This document shows, piece by piece, positions 57,169 to 64,000 of a stretch of 64,000 bases of DNA. The position numbers were made by a program, and so were the translations under genes. Numbering within the stretch: position 1 is the stretch's first letter; each line of letters begins with the position of its first letter. This DNA is from an uncultured Gammaproteobacteria bacterium (lineage in GTDB: Bacteria > Pseudomonadota > Gammaproteobacteria > Steroidobacterales > Rariloculaceae), in contig CAWEOP010000006.1 of the NCBI GenBank assembly GCA_963810755.1, positions 465,057 through 529,056 of the forward strand, read 5' to 3'. The notes beneath the pieces were generated by a model that did no database searches, had not been told where the DNA came from, and saw only the letters and a program-made list of their open reading frames with translations.

Positions 57169-59101
57169 GTGCGCCGACGGAACGAACGGCTGCGGCCGTC
57201 ACTCGCCTTCCTGCTTCTCGCCACCAGCGCGGTGCCGCTGCACGCGCAAGACGCCGCGCAGTGGGGCTACTACTCCGCCGACAAGCACACGACGCGCTAC
57301 TCGCCGCTCGCGCAGATCGACAAGGCGAACGTCGCACAGCTGCGGATCGCGTGGCGGCACCCGCAGGTCGATCCCGCGATCATCGCGGCGAACCCCGACC
57401 TCACCGTGTCGAATCGCTACATGGCCACGCCGATCTACGTCGGCGGCATGTTGTACATTCCGAACGGCTTCGGCCTCGCCGAGGCGATCGATCCGAAGAG
57501 CGGGCGCACACTCTGGACGCAGAAGCCCCTCATCGCGGGACCCGAAGGGCTGCCATCGCTGATGATCAGCAAGGGCGTCGCGTACTGGGGCCGCGGCGAC
57601 GAGGCGCGGATCCTCACCGTTCGCCAGCAACATCTGTTCGCGCTGAATCCGAAGACCGGCTTGGCCGTAGCGAGCTTCGGCGACGGCGGCAAAGTCGAGC
57701 TCACGACGCCGGAGTTCCGCTACAAGTGGGCCGGCGTGCCGGTGGTCGCGGGCGACGTGGTGCTCGTCGGCTCGTCGATGCTCGAGCAGGACTCCGCCGT
57801 GTACAAGGATGGGCCGCCGGGCGACGTGCGCGCGTTCGACGTGCGCACGGGCAAGCTGCGCTGGGCGTTCCAGGCGATCCCGAAGGCCGGCGACCCCGCC
57901 ATCGCTACGTGGCAGAACGACTCGTGGAAGTACTCGGGCGCCGCCAACACCTGGTCGACGTTCAGCGTCGACGACGAGCTCGGCTACGTCTACGTGCCGA
58001 CGAGCGGCGGCACCAACGACATGTACGGCGGCCACCGGCTCGGCGACGACCTGTACACGAGCTCGATCGTGTGCCTCGACGCGAAGACCGGCGCGCGCGT
58101 CTGGTATTTCCAGACGGTGCATCACGACCTATTCGACTACGACAACCCGGCCGCGCCGATCCTCGTCGACATCACGGTCGACGGCCGCAGAATCCAAGCG
58201 CTCGCGCAGGTCACGAAGCAAGGGTTCGTGTTCGTGCTCGACCGCGTCACCGGCAAGCCCGTGTGGCCGATCGAGGAGCGCCCGGTGCCCGCGTCGACCG
58301 TGCCGGGCGAGGTCGCCGCACGCACGCAGCCGTATCCGACCAAGCCGCCGCCGTACGAGCGCCAGGGGCTCACCGCCGACGACCTCATCGACTTCACGCC
58401 GGCGCTGCGCGCCGAAGCGCTCGAGATCGTGAAGCGCTACGTGATCGGGCCGCAGTTCACGCCGCCGTCGGTCATCGACAAGACGCCCGGCGGCAAGCTC
58501 GGCACGATCCAGCTCGCGGGCGCGAGCGGCGGCGCGAACTGGAACGGCGGCGCGTTCGACCCGGACACCGGCATCCTGTACGTCGCCGTCGCGCACGGTG
58601 GCGTTCGTCGCGGATCTGTTCGCACCCGATCCCGCGCGCTCGGATCTGCGCTACCGCGCGGGCATGCGCGAGATCATGAACGGGCCGCAGGGGCTGCCGC
58701 TCATGAAGCCGCCGTACGGCCGCATCACGGCGTTCGACTTGAATCGCGGCGACCAGGCCTGGATGGTGCCGAACGCCGACGGCCCGCGGAACCACCCCGC
58801 GCTCGCCGCCTTGAAGCTGCCGCCGCTCGGCGACGCCACTCCGTCCGCCGTCATCGCGACGAAGACGCTGCTGTTCGTCACCGAAGCCGACAAGAGCACA
58901 CCGCGCTCGCCCGCGAACGTCGGCGGCACGAAGTTCAAGGCGCTCGACAAGGCAACGGGTGCGACGATCTGGTCGATCGATCTCGGTGTCGGTCAGAACA
59001 ACACGCCGATGACGTTCATGCACGACGGCAAGCAGTACGTCGTGCTCTCGGTCGGCAGCACCGACCATCCCGCGGAGCTCGTCGCGCTCGCGCTTCCGTG
59101 A
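57169..59101 (+). pseudogene. soluble PQQ-dependent dehydrogenase (glucose/quinate dehydrogenase-like propeller), one frameshift as assembled
   Basis: GTG 57169, signal ...[86 protein letters not shown]. Frame change near 58596. Tail in ORF 58598..59101. Confidence 0.8.
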
Positions 59102-59128
59102 CGCGTTAGCGAACGTGCAACGCGCGTA

Positions 59129-59668
59129 TTAGCGCATGTGCGTCGCGAAGAAATACGCGAACCCGAGGTACACGGTCATTTGGCCGAGTAGCGCCATGTA
59201 CATCTGGCGCGTGATGCTGCTCGCGCTCGCGTGCATCTCGGCGCGAAGGGTCGCGCCGAGCTCCGCCATCTCACGGCGAAGGCTCGCGCCGAGATCGGCC
59301 ATCTCACCCCGCAGGCTCGCGCCGAGATCGGCCATCTCGCCCCGCAGGCTCGCGCTGAGATCGGCCATCTCACCGCGGAGGGTCGCGCCGAGCTCGGCCA
59401 TCTCGCCGCGAAGAGTCGCGCCGAGCTCTGCAATCTCACCGCGGAGGCTCGCGCGCATCTCCGCCATCTCGCCGCGAACTGTCGCACCGAGCTGGTGAAT
59501 GTCCTGGTTCTGCAGCACGAGATCGTGCTTCGTCGCGAGCGTGTCTTTCGCTCCGGCGATCTCGATCTCGATCGCGCGAACGATTGCGCGCGCCTGCGCG
59601 GGCGCTACGTCCGCCTTCTCGAGAACCTCGAGCGATTCGGCTTGCATCGGCACGATGATAAGGGGCAC
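59129..59668 (-). CDS. DUF1640-like coiled-coil protein with C-terminal TM anchor and expanded 11-residue repeat
   Basis: N-terminus ...[33 protein letters not shown]. Seven to eight LRGEMA(E/D)LGA(T/S) units. Tail [23 protein letters not shown]. Confidence 0.7.
   Translation of the reverse strand: MPLIIVPMQAESLEVLEKADVAPAQARAIVRAIEIEIAGAKDTLATKHDLVLQNQDIHQLGATVRGEMAEMRASLRGEIAELGATLRGEMAELGATLRGEMADLSASLRGEMADLGASLRGEMADLGASLRREMAELGATLRAEMHASASSITRQMYMALLGQMTVYLGFAYFFATHMR
59234..59497. repeat. 8 tandem 33-bp units (in-frame, coding)
   Basis: Units start at 59234, 59267, 59300, 59333, 59366, 59399, 59432 and 59465. Consensus on the + strand is CATCTCRCCGCGVAGGSTCGCGCCGAGMTCGGC. Terminal units are more diverged. 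Confidence 0.9.
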
Positions 59669-59811
59669 GCAAAGCGCGCTGTCAATGGCTTGGTACCGCA
59701 GATCATGAGCCCGGTCCGACGACTGCCGCGACGCGCGAATGTGGGCAAGGTCGACCGAAATGCTCTAGATTGCGCGACGACGGTTCATCTTGCGACAACG
59801 AGGTCACGCTC

Positions 59812-61302
59812 ATGCTGAAGATCGGGGCATTCGAAACGAGAACGCATTTCGGAACGCCCGTCGACGGGGTCGGCGCGGCAACAATCACGGCCATCGCAAT
59901 CGCAACGGCCACCGTCGCACTCGCGCTGCTCACGAGCACCGTCGCGGAGGCGCAAAAAACCGCCGACATTGGCTTCAAGAGCGTGGGCCGCGCCGCGCCG
60001 CTCGCGCGTGCCATTCCCGGCGTGTCGCCTGCGACGCCCGCGACGCTCGAGGCCTATCCCGACAGCGATTTGATCGTCGGCGCGTTCAGGCCGTCGCGCC
60101 GCGGACCCGACGGCAAGCTCACGCAGATCAACTACGGGTCGGCGTTCGACGGCGCGGCGCCGCCGGGAGTCGAGCCGCTTCCGGTCGACTTGTTCACATC
60201 GAAAGACTTCTACAAAGACCGCGCGCTCTGGACCGACCCGCGCTACTTCCGCTGCAACAGCCCTTGGTCGATCGAGTCACAGCGCGGCGCCTACGGCGGC
60301 ATCACTTCGATCGGCAGCAACCCTCCGCGCTCTGCGGCTTGGGGGTATTGCGATCACGACTATCCGCGCGCGGCGATCGTGAGCCCGTACCGGTTCAAGT
60401 CCGCGCAAGAGCACTACGAAGCGCTGCTGAACGAGACGCGCGGACGCGGCGGCCCGACGCAGCACACTCAGGCCACCGCCCCCGTCGAATGGTCCGGCCG
60501 CTACCTTTGGCCGCGCGGGCAGAACTGGTACGCGGAGATCTACTGGAACCAGACGCCGACGATCTTGTCGCTGCTCACGCCGGAGTACCAGACGCGCATG
60601 GTCGAGGAGCTCTACCACGATGCGGTCTCGGACGCGGCGCAGTGGCCCGCGCAGTACTGCTGGCCCGAGGGCTTCATGCGGCGCTGGCACTACCACGGCG
60701 TCACGAATCAGCCGCACTCGATCATCGTGACGCCGAAGCTCGTGCAGATCATGGCCGGCGACGCCGACACCTTCGTCACCAACGTGTACATCGGCCGCGA
60801 GTTCAAGATGGACGGCGCGACCCCTCGTCTCGGCGCGGACGTGGCGCGCTGGTATGGCGAGACGATCGGCTTCTGGGACAAAGACGTGCTCGTCACGTGG
60901 ACCTCGAACATCCAGGGCTGGAAGGTCCACGGCAACTTCGAGTTCTCGAGCAAGCTGCAAACGATCGAAATCTACACGCCGAACCGGGACGCCGCCGGCA
61001 AAGTGATCGGGCTGAACCACGAAGGAATCTTCTACGACCCCGAAGCGCTCGTGGAGCCGGTCCGCATGATCCGCAACTTCGACAGAGTGGCCGACGTCGA
61101 CGAAGGCGATCCGTTCGTATTCATCGACTGCGTGCCGTCGCTCTATCCCGTGAACGGCCGCGCGACGCCCGTCTCCCCCGGCACCACGATCGAGTACAAG
61201 GTACCCGACATGTACGGGCGTCCGTGGGCGCAAATCTGGCAGGAGTACCACGAGAACGGCATGGAGCGGCCCGAGGGCGAGGACATCTTCAGCTTCAAAT
61301 AG
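59812..61302 (+). CDS. large member of the Cys-bracketed family (copy 9), intact
   Basis: ATG 59812. TM/signal [49 protein letters not shown]...[11 protein letters not shown]...[22 protein letters not shown]...FIDCV. Highly similar to 50689..52153. Confidence 0.8.
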   Translation: MLKIGAFETRTHFGTPVDGVGAATITAIAIATATVALALLTSTVAEAQKTADIGFKSVGRAAPLARAIPGVSPATPATLEAYPDSDLIVGAFRPSRRGPDGKLTQINYGSAFDGAAPPGVEPLPVDLFTSKDFYKDRALWTDPRYFRCNSPWSIESQRGAYGGITSIGSNPPRSAAWGYCDHDYPRAAIVSPYRFKSAQEHYEALLNETRGRGGPTQHTQATAPVEWSGRYLWPRGQNWYAEIYWNQTPTILSLLTPEYQTRMVEELYHDAVSDAAQWPAQYCWPEGFMRRWHYHGVTNQPHSIIVTPKLVQIMAGDADTFVTNVYIGREFKMDGATPRLGADVARWYGETIGFWDKDVLVTWTSNIQGWKVHGNFEFSSKLQTIEIYTPNRDAAGKVIGLNHEGIFYDPEALVEPVRMIRNFDRVADVDEGDPFVFIDCVPSLYPVNGRATPVSPGTTIEYKVPDMYGRPWAQIWQEYHENGMERPEGEDIFSFK

Positions 61303-61337
61303 TCGGGTCGGCGGTGGCTCCGAAGCGGAGCGCGGCG

Positions 61338-61721
61338 CTAGCGCACGCGCCCGCCGACGCGCTCGCGAACGGTTTCGATGTCGCGAATCGGCCGAACCTC
61401 GACGCAGCCCGTCTGCGCCCACGGAAATTCGGACGCGATTCGCACCGCCTCGTCCATGCTCTCGGCCTCGATCACGTTGAAGCCGGCGATCATTTCCTTC
61501 GTCTCCGCGAACGGACCGTCGATCGTCGTCTGACGCCCGTTGCGAATGCGCACCGACTTCGCGGCGGACGGCTCCTCGAGCATCTGCGAGTCGAGCAGCT
61601 TTCCCTTGTGGCGCAGGTCGTCGGCATGGGAGAGGCACTGCCGCATGCGCGCGTCGAACTCGCCGGCCGGAAGCGCGTCGAGCAACGGCTTTTCGTTGTA
61701 GATCATCAGCATGAACTTCAC
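61338..61721 (-). CDS. YciI family protein (second copy)
   Basis: GGAGAG SD + GTG 61721. VKFMLMIYNEKP...DGPFAETKEMIAGFNVIEAESMDEAVRIASEFP. Confidence 0.8.
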   Translation of the reverse strand: MKFMLMIYNEKPLLDALPAGEFDARMRQCLSHADDLRHKGKLLDSQMLEEPSAAKSVRIRNGRQTTIDGPFAETKEMIAGFNVIEAESMDEAVRIASEFPWAQTGCVEVRPIRDIETVRERVGGRVR

Positions 61722-61935
61722 GGGCGACTCTCCGCAGAGTGGGGCAGAATTTTTCTTGGAGCGCCTCGGATTTTGGCGGCCGTGGCGCGTGGTGTCCATA
61801 GAACGGCGATTCTTGGAGCGCTCCCGCGCGAGCTGCGCGGCGGAACCCGGGCTCGTCGTCGCGGCGTCAAACATGACACGCGTTGTCACGTGACCCACGT
61901 TAACCTGTTGTCGACAACACAGAAGGAGCTCGGAC

Positions 61936-62355
61936 ATGGCCAAAGCAGCGAACGAAGCAAGCAAGCATACGGGCAGCTGTCACTGCGGCGCGGTGAAGTT
62001 CGAAGCGGAGCTCGACGCAAGCTCCGGAAGCGCCTGCAACTGCACGGTCTGCACGAAAGTCGCCACGCTTGGAGCGATCGTGAAACCCGCCGCGTTCCGC
62101 TTGCTGTCCGGAGAGCGCAATCTCACGGCATACGAGTGGGGCGGCAAGACGGCGAAGCGCTACTTCTGCAAGACCTGCGGCGTCACGTGCTTCGGCCGCG
62201 GCCACCTCGAGCAACTCGGTGGGGACTACGTTTCGCTCAACTTGAACGCGCTCGACGACATCGATCCGGCCACGGTGAAGGTCGGCTATTTCGACGGCCG
62301 GCACAACAACTGGCAGGCAGGGTTGCGCGACGAGCCGTGGCCGATACGCGCCTGA
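61936..62355 (+). CDS. GFA (glutathione-dependent formaldehyde-activating / CENP-V-like) family protein
   Basis: 139 aa. GSCHCGAVKFE...CNCTVC...YFCKTCG zinc-Cys pattern. Confidence 0.85.
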   Translation: MAKAANEASKHTGSCHCGAVKFEAELDASSGSACNCTVCTKVATLGAIVKPAAFRLLSGERNLTAYEWGGKTAKRYFCKTCGVTCFGRGHLEQLGGDYVSLNLNALDDIDPATVKVGYFDGRHNNWQAGLRDEPWPIRA

Positions 62356-62415
62356 CCTCGCTCGGCGCGGGTCGCGCCTGAGCACGCGCCCGCCGCGACG
62401 GCCGACGCGTCTCCG

Positions 62416-63699
62416 TCAATCCGGCACGCCCGCTCCACCGGCGGGCGCCGGAGCGCTGTCGGAAACATCTTTGCTCACCCTCGTGCGCGTGAGCAACGCG
62501 CACAGGTTCGCCGCGACGGATGCGACGAGCATCGTGACGACCATGGGCCGCAGCGTACCGTCGAAGAACAGACCCGATACGGCACCGAACACCGCGCCCA
62601 TCCCGAACATCAGTGTGGTGTACAGCGACGACGCGCTGCCCGCGAGCCGATCGAAGTGCCGCATGTACTGCGAGGAACCCGCCGGGCCCGCGATGCCGAA
62701 CGTCGCGACGATGACCGCGACGCATGCGACGACGAGCCAGATCGAGCGCGGTCCGGCCAACACGATCCCCGCAAGGCAGACGGCAGCGACGAGCTGGATG
62801 GCCAGGCCGGCACGAAAGAACGTCGGCGCGTTGTCCATCTTCAAGTGCCGCATGCTGTAGATGTTCGTCGCGATCATGCCGACGATGCCCACGCCGAAGT
62901 ACAGCGGAAACTGACTTTCTGAAACGCCGAAGTACTCGATGTAGGCGAACGACGAGTTCGTGAGGAACGTCATGAAGCAGCTCGCGCCGAACGCCATCGA
63001 GAAGGCGTAGACCATCGGCCATTGCCCGCCCTGATCCTTGAAGGTGAGCACGCGCGCGCACTGCTGCAGGGTCGTGATCACGGACAGCCGGTTCCACGCG
63101 CCGGGCCGCGTCTCGGGAACCGCCGCGTAGTAGTAAACGGCGAGCGAGCTCGCGTACGCCGCCTTGAAGAAAAAGATCGCCGGCCAGCCGAAGCGCAGCA
63201 GGGCCGCTCCGAGCGACGGCGCGATCACCGGCGACGCGAGCATCACGAGCGTGACCATGGCCATGCGCTTACCGAGCTCCTCGACGGGATAGACGTCGCG
63301 AACGATCGCCCAGCAGATCACGGTGGAAAACCCTCCGCCGATCGCCTGCGTGAAGCGCAGCCACTCCACCTGCTCGACGTTCGTCGCGAAGCTGATCGCG
63401 ATCGAGGCGAGCGCGAATAGGCTCAAGCCGATGAGACCCACGCGCTTGCGGCCGATCTGGTCCGAGAACGAGCCGCCGAAGATCTGGCCGAGCCCATAGC
63501 CGACGAGATAGACGCTGATCGTGTTGTTGATCTGCACGATGCCGACGCCGAACGCTTTGGCCATCGCCGGCATGGCCGGGAGGTAGGCGTCGAGGCTCAA
63601 GGGGCCGATCGCGACGAGCGCGCCGATGAATAGAATCAGATGGCGCGGGACGGCGACTTTCGGCGCCGGCGGCGCGAGATCGTGAGGCGGCAAGCTCAT
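62416..63699 (-). CDS. MFS transporter, Bcr/CflA drug-resistance subfamily
   Basis: 427 aa, 12 TM-like segments. LSLDAYLPAMPAMAKAFG...YLVGYGLGQIFGGSFSDQIGRKRV. Confidence 0.9.
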   Translation of the reverse strand: MSLPPHDLAPPAPKVAVPRHLILFIGALVAIGPLSLDAYLPAMPAMAKAFGVGIVQINNTISVYLVGYGLGQIFGGSFSDQIGRKRVGLIGLSLFALASIAISFATNVEQVEWLRFTQAIGGGFSTVICWAIVRDVYPVEELGKRMAMVTLVMLASPVIAPSLGAALLRFGWPAIFFFKAAYASSLAVYYYAAVPETRPGAWNRLSVITTLQQCARVLTFKDQGGQWPMVYAFSMAFGASCFMTFLTNSSFAYIEYFGVSESQFPLYFGVGIVGMIATNIYSMRHLKMDNAPTFFRAGLAIQLVAAVCLAGIVLAGPRSIWLVVACVAVIVATFGIAGPAGSSQYMRHFDRLAGSASSLYTTLMFGMGAVFGAVSGLFFDGTLRPMVVTMLVASVAANLCALLTRTRVSKDVSDSAPAPAGGAGVPD

Positions 63700-63848
63700 T
63701 TCGGGGCGACTCGTCAGCGGAGAAGGCGGCGATTGTACGGTAGTTCGCTCGCTAGAGCGGGACGAGCCCTCGGCGCGGGCGCGCCGGAACGGCGCGGGAC
63801 GCGCCAGCGCCGCGTGTCATACGCGTCAATGTCGCGGCGGAATTCTGA

Positions 63849-64000
63849 TCACGGCCCCGTCGCTGCCAACTGCCGCGCGCGTTCCGGCGCGGACCAGCGC
63901 AGGGCGGCGCTCGCCTGTACCCAGACACCGGCCTCCGGCTCGAACCGCAGCATCCGCTCCGCGCCCGCGAACGACGTGACGAGCGGGCCATCCCAGATCA
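63849..64000 (-). CDS. 3' end of a gene running off the window; unassigned
   Basis: Minus-strand frame reads ...IWDGPLVTSFAGAERMLRFEPEAGVWVQASAALRWSAPERARQLAATGP* (TGA at 63849-63851). Too short to assign. Confidence 0.3.
   Translation of the reverse strand, partial: IWDGPLVTSFAGAERMLRFEPEAGVWVQASAALRWSAPERARQLAATGP

Noticed and set aside
59234-59497. Regular 33-bp repeats considered as a CRISPR array
   Set aside because: The units are contiguous with no spacers, lie in frame inside a coding gene, and encode a coherent 11-residue motif. No cas genes are present.
59790-62381. 863-aa plus-strand ORF
   Set aside because: It runs out of frame across three independently supported genes (59812-61302, the YciI gene on the other strand, and GFA). 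Its composition is Arg-rich with no domains.
1-64000. Search for mobile elements, prophage, integrons or defence islands
   Set aside because: I found no transposase, integrase, recombinase, phage structural, restriction-modification or Cas-like motif in any frame I read. The only selfish-type module is the RelE/ParE-RHH pair.

Overview
GC-rich bacterial chromosomal window (about two-thirds G+C by eye, not computed), gene-dense on both strands. I found no rRNA, tRNA, CRISPR array, transposase or integrase. Most long ORFs in the supplied track are antisense or out-of-frame GC artefacts, so calls rest on recognisable protein motifs, start/SD context and GC3 bias. Bases 1-26 kb are intact: ECF sigma + YciI, zwf, SulP, an OMP, a thermonuclease, a GN-sortase with its VIT/vWA LPQTA target, a MetE-like gene, a RelE/ParE-RHH TA pair, a CadC-like wHTH-TPR regulator, and a PCMH-type flavocytochrome operon. 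Bases 26-59 kb form a periplasmic redox/accessory region: three PQQ dehydrogenases, at least four c-type cytochrome genes or domains, a Tat sulfatase, and exported AKR, enolase-type and 2-hydroxyacid dehydrogenase genes. About 20 genes there are broken by frameshifts, yet their amino-acid motifs stay intact between breaks, and four of the five junctions I traced to the base sit in or next to short homopolymer runs. I therefore suspect consensus indel errors at least as much as real decay, and every 'pseudogene' label below means 'frameshifted as assembled'. The most interesting signal is an uncharacterised secreted domain family present in nine copies (GxW start, a Cys near each end, WEGxTLVV core). 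Two copies are fused to, and one is encoded next to, a small DUF6152-like domain. The predicted mature N-terminus of that small domain is His-His-Ser, followed by an invariant NPH, which suggests a metal site. Family members sit beside regulators, PQQ enzymes and cytochromes. Other points: a three-gene flavocytochrome operon led by a Tat-signal protein, a cytochrome-c-first PQQ enzyme coupled to a CHRD protein, and an eight-unit 33-bp in-frame repeat in a DUF1640-like gene. All family names come from motif recognition, not from searches.
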